DNA of 64,000 nt from a virus (lineage: Duplodnaviria > Heunggongvirae > Uroviricota > Caudoviricetes). Positions 49,012-58,981 of this stretch are shown here, in pieces. Both the position numbers and the translations under genes were made by a program. Where the stretch lies: the IMG/VR virus record IMGVR_UViG_3300009678_000054, positions 35,854-99,853 of that record; one strand, given 5' to 3'. Positions within the stretch are counted from its first letter, which is position 1. Every line of letters starts with the position of its first letter. The notes under the pieces were generated by a model. That model searched no databases. It had not been told where the DNA came from and saw only the letters and a program-made list of their open reading frames with translations.

Positions 49012-50418
49012 TTACATCAAACGGAATCCCGTGCCTTTCTTTTTGCTACGGTCATCACCAATTTGTTCGTTAGGTTTAGCTTTCTTCTTTCCTTGAACAC
49101 CTCTTGCAAGTTTAAATGCCTTCTCTGCTTCTGCGGTCTTACCGTCATTTTTCAGAGATTTCATAAAACGAGATGGATTGTTCACGAAACGAACCATGTA
49201 AACATAGTTCTTCAAATCTTTACGGAACTCAGAGAGCTTGTAATAAAAGTCATTCACTTTTGTACCGTTATTCAATTCATGTCGGAACGAAGTCAGCAAT
49301 TTAATGATTTCCTTCTTTTCTTCAGCAGGAATTTCATCGTCTTCATTTACGATCTTTGTAACATCGTCAGAAAACTTCTTCTGATTAGCTTTCGTTTGAA
49401 TTTCGAAGTTTTTCTTCGCTTGTTCTTGGTCAGCTTTTATGGTATCGGATTGTTCTTTCAGATGAGATGTAATCATCTCTTTCGCTTCCTTAGCATCATC
49501 TTCTAACATCTTATCGGCAATCAATCGCTCGATTTCCTTATTAGCACGTTGAGATGTACGCTTTAGAATCTGCGTCTGATATTGGAAAACTATTTCTTTC
49601 TGGCCTTCTTCAGACGAGATGTCAATAGCTTTAACCTGTTGTTGTTCTTTGAAGATGTCAATAAGGTCTTCAGGATTGCCACCGTTCGCTGCATATTCAG
49701 CGATGTCACGACCGTAAGGACCAAATGTATCGAGCAGTTCCTCTTTTAACGAGTCTTTTACCCAGGCCCTTTGCTGAAGTTCAATTTCTTCGAACGTTTC
49801 TTCATCCCATTCAATATCGTCCGATTTTTTACCATCGAACTCAAAAGGTTTCCATTCACCCTTTTTCAAAAGCAATTCAACTCTTGCTTTCAGGAAATCA
49901 GAAACAGTAATAGGAGAATCTTCATCGTTCTCACCTTTATTGTCGTCATCTTCTTTTTTATCTTCATCTTCCTCATTCTGATTCTCATCATTTTCATCTT
50001 CTTCTTTATCTTCAGTCTTTTTTACAGACTTACCGGAAGCGTTTTTACCTTCATCATTCTTATCATCTTCATCATTATCATCGTCATCATCAGTCTGAAA
50101 CACCGATTCTAAGTCGTCTTTTTCCAAGTCAGAAACCACAGTCTTTGCGGCAGAAGTAGCAGGTTTGGAAGTTGACTTAGCGGTTTTTGAGTCTGATTTT
50201 TTACCAGATGCACCAGCACCATCGTCTGATTTTTTACCAGCTTCACCTTTTTTACCTTCAGGTGTACCGCCCATTGCGGCTAGAACGTCTTCTGCTGAAG
50301 CTTCTTCAACGCTGGTCGCTTTTAAATTGTCGAACATTTGTTGTTGTTTTTTGAGTGATCTTAATGCAAAACTATGGAAAAAAAAATAATAACAGAAATC
50401 TGTTATAATTTCTGCCAC
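49012..50418 (-). CDS. scaffolding protein candidate (468 aa), highly acidic and low-complexity
   Basis: Long D/E/K runs (DDDDNDEDDKNDEGK..EDKEEDENDENQNEEDEDKKEDDDNKGENDED). Predicted helical C-terminal half. Sits between the portal and MCP genes. Confidence 0.55.
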   Translation of the reverse strand: MAEIITDFCYYFFFHSFALRSLKKQQQMFDNLKATSVEEASAEDVLAAMGGTPEGKKGEAGKKSDDGAGASGKKSDSKTAKSTSKPATSAAKTVVSDLEKDDLESVFQTDDDDDNDEDDKNDEGKNASGKSVKKTEDKEEDENDENQNEEDEDKKEDDDNKGENDEDSPITVSDFLKARVELLLKKGEWKPFEFDGKKSDDIEWDEETFEEIELQQRAWVKDSLKEELLDTFGPYGRDIAEYAANGGNPEDLIDIFKEQQQVKAIDISSEEGQKEIVFQYQTQILKRTSQRANKEIERLIADKMLEDDAKEAKEMITSHLKEQSDTIKADQEQAKKNFEIQTKANQKKFSDDVTKIVNEDDEIPAEEKKEIIKLLTSFRHELNNGTKVNDFYYKLSEFRKDLKNYVYMVRFVNNPSRFMKSLKNDGKTAEAEKAFKLARGVQGKKKAKPNEQIGDDRSKKKGTGFRLM

Positions 50419-50436
50419 TTATATAGCATTTCGCTT

Positions 50437-53085
50437 TTATTTATTTACTGTTGCTACCTTAACCTCGGCTTTGTATTTTTTAAGTTTTACTTTCAAATCC
50501 TTTTCTTTAAGGTCTAACTCTCTCTGTTTCAATTGTTTAGCAGTAGCATTTTGTTCACGTTTGATGTCATTAGACTCACGCTGTACATTTATCTTCTCAG
50601 CATCACTTGCGTTTTTAGATGCAAATTTTTCATACTCAAGAGAATCAGGTACACCGGAAGTATCTGTATCAACCAGGTTATTAGGTTGACGATTAAAAGT
50701 TTGAATGAAAGCAACTTCTTTCTTAGTTTGATTATTCTCAGTATTCATTGCTATCTTAGCCTGATCTTGACCTTGAGCAATTTGAGCAGCCTGGTCAATT
50801 TGTTGCTGACGTTGCTGCATTTCCTGTTGCTTCAATGCTTCAGTTTTATCTACAGCTTCTTTCAACTTAGCCTTGATCGCTGATGGTGAATTCGAAGTGA
50901 TAACTTCAACAATATCCAGGGCAGTAACAGCAAGTGTATTATTGTTAACAAAATAGTTCTTTATCTGTTCCAATTGACGCAGTAAAGCTTGAGAATTAAC
51001 AACATATACGTGCATATTACGAAGAAGCAAATTAGTTCCATTCATGCGAATGAATACACGGCTGGCATCTGACTTCGTGTACATAATTGTAATGTCACGA
51101 TTATTAGACTGAGTATATTGAGCAATATCCAGGTTCATAGTCAAGCAACGCTGCTTATATTCCATGAAATCAGTGTAATAACGCTGAACGTTTAATGTAG
51201 CCTGACTAACTGCTGTATTAATTCCGGTAGCAGTCTCGGTAGCCTTAACCTCACTCATAAGCTGAGGACTTATACCAAGTTGGGCCAAAGCTCTTGACTC
51301 GAAGAATTCAGCCAGCTTAGCACGACTTACCATTTGAGAAGTAAGTTCCATATCAACCGCACGAGGGAAGGTATTATTCTGGTTAGCACCTTTCATGTTT
51401 TGAGGGCTAGAATCACCAAATACGTGACCTAACTCTTTAGCAATCAACGCAATTTTCTCCCATGATTCTTCACCACCCCAATCTTTCATAGTATTAAAGA
51501 AATTAGCATCCCATACCATGAATTTACCAATTTCCTTTTCAAGAAGCTGATATAACTGATTCATACACACGTTATAACCAATCTGGTGAGGTTTCATTAA
51601 ATCTACAAGGCTCATCGAAAGAGCATTGCGATTATTAAAAGAACGGCCACATATAGGAAGCTGTGCGCCATATGGATTCATGTCAGATTTAAACTGGAAA
51701 TCAACCGGGCCAAGATCAAGATACATAGCCTCAGTGTCATTTAACGTAAAGCAGATTTTGATACCTTTCCAGGTTTCGTTTATCCACGTCCAATAGACAG
51801 TATTAAGCCTGTTTCCGCTTGTATATTCTCCATGAACCTCTTTAAAACCTTCCGGTACAACAAATGTCTCATCAACGGTCTCCGATACCTTTTGACCAGT
51901 CATAGGGTCTTCAAATACTACCTTACCATACTTCTTTTGACTCATCCAATAAACTTCAGTTACACGGAAAAGACCATTATGGCGATCAATATAAGGAAGT
52001 CTGCCATTTTGAGTAAGTGCTGACACCATGTCAGGTCCGGCCATTGGTAGCTTATTAATAGGGTCATAACCTGAATGTCGGCGAATCATTTCGTATGACT
52101 TGAAATCTTCGAACGGAACGTAAGCATTGTATGGAAAACCAGTCATATCTACTTTACCGCTACTATCCTCATTATCCAATGTCTCAAGTTGCTTCAATTC
52201 TTTCTGATTCATTTTCCAACCATAGCGATCAACTATCTGAGACTTGGTAAGATAAAAGATACGACCAGCAAAGTCCCCTTCTTCAACCCATTGAACTTCC
52301 GGGGATGTGTGATAAAATGTATTTACCGGATTCCAGGTTTCCTGGTTATATCCATCTGCAGTAAGATAAAAATGGCGGAAACATCGGTCGGTGATAAGCA
52401 TATCACGAAATTCAACACGTTCCAATTCCGAGAGTTTGAAACGTTGACGATCAACTTCAAGCTGATGAGTACCCCAAATTTCACCCTGGCCTTGCCATTG
52501 TGTATTCATGTAGGTATTGATCTGTTCAGGGGTCATAGCTTGTTGAGCTTCCTGAACTTCTTTGAAATATTGCATCGCTTCTTCTTCAGAACCAAAATCC
52601 TGCTTACTTGGGTCAAGACCCTGAGCAACCAAGCGTGCATTGATCTCGTTCATAATTTCAGCCTTAACGCTTTGGTGCATTAATTCAGTCTGAGTACGAA
52701 CATATTCGTTACTTTCATCATTTTCATAGATTTCTTCAACACGAAAAACATCCGGGAATTCTGCCAATTTTTCAGTAAGGTTATTCAGAACTTTACCAAT
52801 AATGTCATAATGGCGGAGAGTCGAGGGAACTTCAAATTCACGGGTCAACATTGTTAACCAATCTTTGTAACCAATTTCGTCAACATAATGACTCATGATA
52901 AACTGTCCATTTACCATTTTGTAATTCTCTACAAAACGCATGTTATCATAGTATTGAATACGACCCAGGTTCTCAAAAGAATCCACGCATTCTTTTCCCC
53001 ATTGTTTTTTCTTGGCCATTTTCTCCTTCAGAGTTTTCATCTGAGCAGGAATTCCGGTAAGAGGTGAGGTATAGGAAGAAATCAT
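50437..53085 (-). CDS. portal protein candidate (882 aa)
   Basis: Large ORF immediately downstream of the large terminase, the conserved position for a portal. Acidic C-terminal tail. Confidence 0.55.
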   Translation of the reverse strand: MISSYTSPLTGIPAQMKTLKEKMAKKKQWGKECVDSFENLGRIQYYDNMRFVENYKMVNGQFIMSHYVDEIGYKDWLTMLTREFEVPSTLRHYDIIGKVLNNLTEKLAEFPDVFRVEEIYENDESNEYVRTQTELMHQSVKAEIMNEINARLVAQGLDPSKQDFGSEEEAMQYFKEVQEAQQAMTPEQINTYMNTQWQGQGEIWGTHQLEVDRQRFKLSELERVEFRDMLITDRCFRHFYLTADGYNQETWNPVNTFYHTSPEVQWVEEGDFAGRIFYLTKSQIVDRYGWKMNQKELKQLETLDNEDSSGKVDMTGFPYNAYVPFEDFKSYEMIRRHSGYDPINKLPMAGPDMVSALTQNGRLPYIDRHNGLFRVTEVYWMSQKKYGKVVFEDPMTGQKVSETVDETFVVPEGFKEVHGEYTSGNRLNTVYWTWINETWKGIKICFTLNDTEAMYLDLGPVDFQFKSDMNPYGAQLPICGRSFNNRNALSMSLVDLMKPHQIGYNVCMNQLYQLLEKEIGKFMVWDANFFNTMKDWGGEESWEKIALIAKELGHVFGDSSPQNMKGANQNNTFPRAVDMELTSQMVSRAKLAEFFESRALAQLGISPQLMSEVKATETATGINTAVSQATLNVQRYYTDFMEYKQRCLTMNLDIAQYTQSNNRDITIMYTKSDASRVFIRMNGTNLLLRNMHVYVVNSQALLRQLEQIKNYFVNNNTLAVTALDIVEVITSNSPSAIKAKLKEAVDKTEALKQQEMQQRQQQIDQAAQIAQGQDQAKIAMNTENNQTKKEVAFIQTFNRQPNNLVDTDTSGVPDSLEYEKFASKNASDAEKINVQRESNDIKREQNATAKQLKQRELDLKEKDLKVKLKKYKAEVKVATVNK

Positions 53086-53100
53086 AATTTTCTGTTATAA

Positions 53101-53175
53101 CTCCGCAAATTACAACAATTTTTGTACACAACGGAATTTGTAATCAAAACTGGTGATATTTATAATCAAAATGGA
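53101..53175 (-). promoter_or_regulatory. AT-rich repeated element (copy A) upstream of the portal gene; promoter candidate
   Basis: About 65 nt similar to 60355-60420 (ATTACAACAATTTTTG ..12-13 nt.. TTnTAATCAAA..TGnTGATATTT). Lies in the intergenic gap between terminase and portal. Confidence 0.4.
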
Positions 53176-55244
53176 GTACGTTTAGTTCTAAATGGTCCAG
53201 AGCTTTTAGTTTTAAAAGCACCAGTTTTAGATATATTAAACGGAGTCTTAGGTTGTTTAGGTTTCTTTTTCTCAACTTTATTAGGGTCTACTACCTTAAC
53301 CCTGGCAACCGGATAAAACTTATCCTTGACACCAGCTAAAATCAACGCATGGCGAGAAGCTACGATACGGTCCACGTTTAATCCAACCTTGTGATTGATG
53401 ATCTCTTTAAGTAAACCTTTAGACTTGATACGAACAATACCAAATTTTATAATATTATCACCATGCGCATCCTGGCCCACCACAATTTCTTCCAAACAAT
53501 AAGCCTTCAGCTTACCGTTACCAAATCGGATGTTAGCGGTAGCCGCCGACAGACCTTTATTACGCTTTACTTTGGTATTTGGATTAATCTCCTTAGCCAG
53601 GTCCAAACCATCTTCAAGCCAATGAATCTTATGTTTTTTGTCAAAATGACGAATAAACTCAGCATCTTCATTTTCCGGGAGACAAGTAGCCTGATAATAT
53701 TCCATCAACAATTCGCACTGTTCACGCCATTTACCGATTTTATCAGGACGTGCTGTGTACTCAGCAACAAAAGTCTCCTGCGCACGACCACTCAACGGGT
53801 CATAAGTTCTACGATACACAAAGAAAGAACCCAATGACTGAGAGGTTGGAGCTTCATCCTGATTATAAGGGTCAGCCCCGGATATATGAAGTACACCGTA
53901 TTCTTGTCCTGGGAGCGGTTTTTCCCATATTATAATAGGCGCATCAAAATCATACTTGTGTTTATCCGATTCCTTTATAGGGAAATCAATGATTGGATAT
54001 TTATTGCTCGGAACAACTTTAACCTCTTTGGTTGAAAGATCACGAGTGAGGAATATATATTCTTCTTCTACATCAATACTTTCAAGATAAGTTAAATGTT
54101 GTTTTGCTATTTCTTTAACATCGGCAAATACATCATCCGCTTCATCCATTAAAAACAAATCATCATCAACAATAGGATGATACATTTGTTCTTTTTTAGA
54201 TAAAGTTATCTTACCTGCTTTCTTTAAATCTTCAATATCTTTTTGAATTTGAGCTTCAGCCCCTTCTTGACTACGTACAACTCGAATAGGTGTAACATCA
54301 AGTTCACTTCCACGAGGTACACCAAGATAATCTGATAAACGAATCTTTTTACGATCTGAAGCCGAACGCATCCATCCTGGAACAAACTTTCTTGTAACAC
54401 CACGCACTTTATCCTTTACTTCTATACACATAAATCTATATGTATCAAGTTTTGAATAAAAGTTCTGTAGGTCTTCAGATTTTTCAAATGAACCAGATGT
54501 TCCAGTGAAGATCGGTGAACATCGCCATCCCCATTGAGTAAGAAGGGCTGGTCTTGCAGCAATAAATGCTTCAAGAAATTCACCTTTACCTACCTCATCG
54601 AGCAGCAACGCTGACGTAGTAGGACCAGCAAGATTTTCAGTACTCTTACCTTCTTCAAGATTTCGAATAAGAATTTCAGAATACTTTTGAGGATTACCTT
54701 TTCCATCCTTATAACCAAGAACAACTGCTTTTGACCAGTCGTTTTTAATACGAAGTTGGGGAGCGAAATACTCGTGTAGATTTTTGAAACCTCTGTCGAT
54801 TTTAGATGTTAACAGAGTTAAGTCGTTAGTTGAGAGACCTGCTACAATATTTTGTGTATTTTTAAATGCAATTGCCCGGCGACCCATGTACGATGCACCG
54901 AATTCAGATTTACCTAACTGACGAGAACCTATAATTAATAAACCTTTACGTTCTTGTTCAGCCCTATGAATAGACTCACCGATTAACCATTCGTTATCAC
55001 GAAGATAAGGACGCATAGGTTTACGCTCAGTATATCCTGTAAATGGGTCTGGTTCTTGGTCAATATCAATTATCCAATGATTCGTATGCCAATATAACCA
55101 TCCCGGAATATAAACTCCGTTGATAGTTACACCTTTAATAACTTTATTTTTTTCTTCTTTCCAAAATGCTTTATACTCCCTCGAATCTTTCGTAGGGACA
55201 TCTCGCATATTTATAAAAAGTTCAGGACTTTTAATTAAACTCAT
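53166..55244 (-). CDS. terminase large subunit
   Basis: Walker A LLIIGSRQLGKSEF and Walker B SALLLDEVG in the N-terminal ATPase. C-terminal nuclease-like acidic motifs (VLHISGADPY). 692 aa. Confidence 0.8.
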   Translation of the reverse strand: MSLIKSPELFINMRDVPTKDSREYKAFWKEEKNKVIKGVTINGVYIPGWLYWHTNHWIIDIDQEPDPFTGYTERKPMRPYLRDNEWLIGESIHRAEQERKGLLIIGSRQLGKSEFGASYMGRRAIAFKNTQNIVAGLSTNDLTLLTSKIDRGFKNLHEYFAPQLRIKNDWSKAVVLGYKDGKGNPQKYSEILIRNLEEGKSTENLAGPTTSALLLDEVGKGEFLEAFIAARPALLTQWGWRCSPIFTGTSGSFEKSEDLQNFYSKLDTYRFMCIEVKDKVRGVTRKFVPGWMRSASDRKKIRLSDYLGVPRGSELDVTPIRVVRSQEGAEAQIQKDIEDLKKAGKITLSKKEQMYHPIVDDDLFLMDEADDVFADVKEIAKQHLTYLESIDVEEEYIFLTRDLSTKEVKVVPSNKYPIIDFPIKESDKHKYDFDAPIIIWEKPLPGQEYGVLHISGADPYNQDEAPTSQSLGSFFVYRRTYDPLSGRAQETFVAEYTARPDKIGKWREQCELLMEYYQATCLPENEDAEFIRHFDKKHKIHWLEDGLDLAKEINPNTKVKRNKGLSAATANIRFGNGKLKAYCLEEIVVGQDAHGDNIIKFGIVRIKSKGLLKEIINHKVGLNVDRIVASRHALILAGVKDKFYPVARVKVVDPNKVEKKKPKQPKTPFNISKTGAFKTKSSGPFRTKRTPF

Positions 55245-55762
55245 GGGTCTTCAAAATCTCCAACCTCGTCTATTTCTTCAAAGTCATCTTCGTAAGCAGA
55301 CGTATCAAATTTAGCATTGGATGCAGGGAGAGCTTTCGTTGGAGATTGTTTTGTTTTTTTAGAACTTCCCTTTTCTTCTTTTTTCGATTGTTCGTCTTCG
55401 TCATCTTCCATGAAGCCCGGTATCTCGTGTCCACCACGAACATCTTTTTCACCAGTTTCTTCTTCATTGACAATTTTCTTCAGACGATTTATTTCCATCA
55501 ACATGTTGGGAAGTTCTTTGAGTGTATCACGCAAACATTTAATCTGCGTTTCTTCAGAAGATATAACCTTGATGATGGGATTGCCACGAGTTGATTCATA
55601 AACTTCAATACGATCTTTAATACCACCATCGAGTTTATCTTCAACCCATTTCTGTAATTGCTTGCATTTTTTCTCAAGCCATTCCAGATCGTAACCTATA
55701 TAATTTGTTTTTTTCTTTGCTGTTGCCATAGTTATTAATTGAGGCCGTAGGCAGATTTGCAC
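55241..55762 (-). CDS. small acidic protein (173 aa), terminase small subunit candidate
   Basis: Immediately upstream of the large terminase and overlapping it by 4 nt. Charged, helical, with an acidic C-terminus. Confidence 0.4.
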   Translation of the reverse strand: MQICLRPQLITMATAKKKTNYIGYDLEWLEKKCKQLQKWVEDKLDGGIKDRIEVYESTRGNPIIKVISSEETQIKCLRDTLKELPNMLMEINRLKKIVNEEETGEKDVRGGHEIPGFMEDDEDEQSKKEEKGSSKKTKQSPTKALPASNAKFDTSAYEDDFEEIDEVGDFEDP

Positions 55763-55814
55763 TGCCGCATACTGGTTTTGCAGACCAGCGCATTACTATC
55801 TTTGCTATACGGCC

Positions 55815-56423
55815 TTATTCAGCCGTTGCTGCTTTAATTACAGGAATATCATTATGACCATTAGCTATGAAAATAACCTGCGATTTTGATTTACTGGTAA
55901 ATTTCACTTCATCAATAACAATTCCCATATCACCAGCATAGTTCTGCAATGACTTCTGTAATTTTGTTCTTGTTGTTTTCTTTCTTATATCATCCCAGGT
56001 AATGTCTTCAATTAAATCAGACATTTCACCTTGCGCACGATCACGTAAATTAGAAAGAGAATCGTTGTTATCAATAATGTATTTCTTACTACCTGTTTCC
56101 ATTATTCGCCATCCACGTTTACGTTCTTCTTTTGGAACATGAGGTATAGGGTCAACATGATAATCAATCATCAACCCAAGCATAATTGTCTCGTTGTCCT
56201 TTGTAGTTAACGGAATAGGTTGAATATTCATGGTATCCGGCTGCGTGTTCACTTCATAAGGATATTCAAAAAATGGAAATTTAAAATAAAATCCAGGTTC
56301 AAATGTACCTGAATATTTTCCATTAGTAAGAAGAACTGCTTCCTGATATTCATTAACAATGAAACCAGGTTTTAAGTAGTCCCACCACTTCTCAAGCCAT
56401 GCTCCAAGAAATTCAAAACCCAT
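55815..56423 (-). CDS. SPFH (band-7/prohibitin-like) domain protein (202 aa)
   Basis: EAVLLTNGKYSGTFEPGFYFKFPFFEYPYEVNTQPDTMNIQ..TKDNETIMLGLMIDYHV follows the SPFH core pattern (hydrophobic-PF-hydrophobic, ..TKD...). Confidence 0.45.
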   Translation of the reverse strand: MGFEFLGAWLEKWWDYLKPGFIVNEYQEAVLLTNGKYSGTFEPGFYFKFPFFEYPYEVNTQPDTMNIQPIPLTTKDNETIMLGLMIDYHVDPIPHVPKEERKRGWRIMETGSKKYIIDNNDSLSNLRDRAQGEMSDLIEDITWDDIRKKTTRTKLQKSLQNYAGDMGIVIDEVKFTSKSKSQVIFIANGHNDIPVIKAATAE

Positions 56424-56425
56424 AA

Positions 56426-56662
56426 TTACGCATTTATAAGTTCACCATTTTCCAATTCCTGCTTGTATTGCTCCAATCGGTTCAACAATTCTTTATTTGT
56501 CCAAAAGAAAAATTCAGGACCTTCAGTTGACTTACGGCGTAAGAAACCTGACATATGTTGAGCAATCGGGTACTGAGGATACATATCAACCACTTCCATA
56601 AAATTATGAAAAAATTGCTGACTCAGTTGTGTATCCTCTTTGTTGTTTTTAATGTTTGGCAT
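56426..56662 (-). CDS. hypothetical protein (78 aa)
   Basis: ORF 3 nt upstream of the SPFH gene. Confidence 0.35.
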   Translation of the reverse strand: MPNIKNNKEDTQLSQQFFHNFMEVVDMYPQYPIAQHMSGFLRRKSTEGPEFFFWTNKELLNRLEQYKQELENGELINA

Positions 56663-56675
56663 TTGTTGTTAATTT

Positions 56676-57089
56676 TTAATGTAGCACCCCTTCTGCTGTT
56701 TTCAATATCAGATAAACGAGAGCGTTTTCTCCTTTTACGATTGCTACTGATACAACTTTTTTATCGGCATTTTTTAAAATAGCAAATACAATTTCTTGGT
56801 CATTAATCGTAGCTTTCCATAAAATTGCTGTCTCACCTTCATCTAATTTACGATTTGATAAAACAGTTAAAAATTTTACAGTAAATTTTGAATTATCCTT
56901 TAAGTTAAGGAAAGTTGCCACAGAGTCATAAATAATAATCTGTGTTTTTACTTCAAGATCACTGGTGTGAAAATCACCTTCGTAAAGACAAATGTTATCT
57001 GAAATAACTGTGTCCTTTGTTTTCTGAGCGAACCCGACCATCGTCACTAACGACAGCAAGAGGGTAAAAAATAAATGTTTAATCTTCAT
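56676..57089 (-). CDS. secreted/lipoprotein-like small protein (137 aa)
   Basis: N-terminal signal peptide MKIKHLFFTLLLSLVTMVGFAQ. Confidence 0.45.
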   Translation of the reverse strand: MKIKHLFFTLLLSLVTMVGFAQKTKDTVISDNICLYEGDFHTSDLEVKTQIIIYDSVATFLNLKDNSKFTVKFLTVLSNRKLDEGETAILWKATINDQEIVFAILKNADKKVVSVAIVKGENALVYLILKTAEGVLH

Positions 57090-57558
57090 TGTTCTTAGTT
57101 ATAGCTGTCCATTTAAGAGGGATTTGAGCATCGGGATTTGCCTTGTTCCAATTAGTTAAACCACAGTTACAAGACAAACAATATTCTTTAGTATCTTCAC
57201 CACCAATTCTGCAGCTACAATGAATGCAGTGCTGATAAGGCAGATCGAGAGGTTTAAATCCATGTGCTTTACAATTAGCACTGTTAAACGGACAACTCGC
57301 ACAGATGTCTTTTCTTCTCATGATCTCTGCTACCTGCTCATCTGTTGCCGTTCCGTTTTTCACCATCGAACTAACTCGAATGGCTTCAATAATTTTATCA
57401 CTATTTTGTATTGCGTTTTTTACCGCCGTTAGGTAATCTTTTATTATTGGCATTTTTTTTAAACCTTTTTTGATAATGAATAGCGAGTTTGTTACGTTGA
57501 ACAAGGGCAAAATACAAATCTTCCATACAGTCCTGCAGTATCTCAGCACGTTTTTCAT
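57079..57558 (-). CDS. Cys-rich zinc-finger protein (159 aa as listed; true start may be the internal Met at about 57453)
   Basis: CASCPFNSANCKAHGF..CIHCSCRIGG..CLSCNC. The first 35 codons overlap the upstream ORF. Confidence 0.4.
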   Translation of the reverse strand: MKNVLRYCRTVWKICILPLFNVTNSLFIIKKGLKKMPIIKDYLTAVKNAIQNSDKIIEAIRVSSMVKNGTATDEQVAEIMRRKDICASCPFNSANCKAHGFKPLDLPYQHCIHCSCRIGGEDTKEYCLSCNCGLTNWNKANPDAQIPLKWTAITKNNED

Positions 57559-57802
57559 CCGAGATGCTTTCAGCCACTCGTATTCTACGAATCTTAGCTA
57601 TCTGTTTTCTCAGGTAACTATACAATTTGTACCTACTAACCGTGAAAACACCTATACCTCTAAACGCAAGAGTTGTATTTTCCAGGCTAAAAATATTTTT
57701 CATCCCAGTATTCCAATACTCCATCAAAACCGGGCGAACCTGATCTTCCGGTAATTTGAGTTCTTTGGCCGTTTTTTTTATGACGAAATCAATATTTTTC
57801 AT
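57401..57802 (-). CDS. hypothetical basic protein (133 aa)
   Basis: ORF. Lys/Arg-rich C-terminus. Confidence 0.35.
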   Translation of the reverse strand: MKNIDFVIKKTAKELKLPEDQVRPVLMEYWNTGMKNIFSLENTTLAFRGIGVFTVSRYKLYSYLRKQIAKIRRIRVAESISDEKRAEILQDCMEDLYFALVQRNKLAIHYQKRFKKNANNKRLPNGGKKRNTK

Positions 57803-57804
57803 CT

Positions 57805-58203
57805 TTAGCTGCGATCTATTTTTATGAGCAAGGTAACAACATTATCCGGTTGAAAGTCCTTGCTTATAGCTAGTTCGTAGCTTTTATAAACGCCAACATA
57901 TCTTTTCAGAAATCCGAGCTTATGTAATTTTACCTTTACATTACGAAGGGAGTCCACCTTCGGAACAATACCTGATTTTATGATAAGCTGGTCCGTTTTC
58001 TCCTTGATGCCATACACTACGTAGAATGCCAGAACCTTCCTTTGTGTCTTTGTCAACTTGATATTGTTGAGAAAGCAGAGGATGGATATAACCATTTCGA
58101 TCTGGTCGGTATGGCTTTGGACCTTCTGTTCAATTTTTATTACGCTCATGATAGTAATTCGAATGCAAATATAATGAAAACTGGTGACAATTCCAAACAC
58201 CAA
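57805..58203 (-). CDS. hypothetical protein (132 aa)
   Basis: ORF abutting the previous gene. Confidence 0.4.
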   Translation of the reverse strand: MVFGIVTSFHYICIRITIMSVIKIEQKVQSHTDQIEMVISILCFLNNIKLTKTQRKVLAFYVVYGIKEKTDQLIIKSGIVPKVDSLRNVKVKLHKLGFLKRYVGVYKSYELAISKDFQPDNVVTLLIKIDRS

Positions 58204-58265
58204 TTGTTAAGGCTTGGTTAAATACGATTTATAATCGTTTTTAATTATAATTTACGTTTTAGGCA

Positions 58266-58291
58266 TAAAAAAAGCTCGCACGAGGGCGAGC
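58266..58291 (-). terminator. rho-independent terminator (minus strand)
   Basis: Hairpin gctcgcacgagggcgagc. On the minus strand it is followed by TTTTTTT. Confidence 0.6.
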
Positions 58292-58417
58292 TACGGAATA
58301 TCAAACAACGGTGTCACCCTATCACCGAAAATCTACTCTAACGTTTTGTAGCAGGTCGTAGATTACGTTGAAACCCGAAGGGTGTTTTGGTGACATTCCG
58401 AAGCGAAGATAAGAAAA

Positions 58418-58441
58418 AAAATCGAGACTACCAAATAAATA
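58418..58441. repeat. 24-nt direct repeat gaaaaaaaatcgagactaccaaat (copy 1); copy 2 at 61231-61254
   Basis: Exact 23-24 nt identity between the two loci. Confidence 0.6.
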
Positions 58442-58981
58442 GTTGCATAAACAACTATGTACAGGTCAACCACAAGACTATCAATGCTTAATAAGGCAAT
58501 AAAGTCCGTTCTCACATGGTTGCATATGCAACTATTAGTTAAACAACTAAATTATAGACTGCGTGTTATACCCGGTCGGGTATCATAGTGCGGTGTTTCG
58601 TGCTTTTCGTACCCGTGCGGGTATAGCAATCCCCTGAATGAGAAGTGGTTTTTTCCCATTTGACTGTTAGTATCATTGTTTCGATCTATGCTGTACGTTG
58701 CGGCTGGCACGACCGCTACACCCTCGTAATCAAAGACTTCTACTAGCCAACCCCTACGTTTCTATCCCCTGACATGCCGGGATTTGTTTCGACTGGCCAT
58801 CTTTTGACTACCCATGATCTTATCAATTGATACGTTTTCGACACTATCGGAGAAAATCTCAGTCCTATGATGGGTGGACCTACCAATCCGACTTCTGAAA
58901 CGGTTTAGCATTACCTTGCTTAGGGGTATCTGACCGTCTGTACCGGGCCTGGGGCTGAAGTCCCTGGCGTTTATCGGGTGT

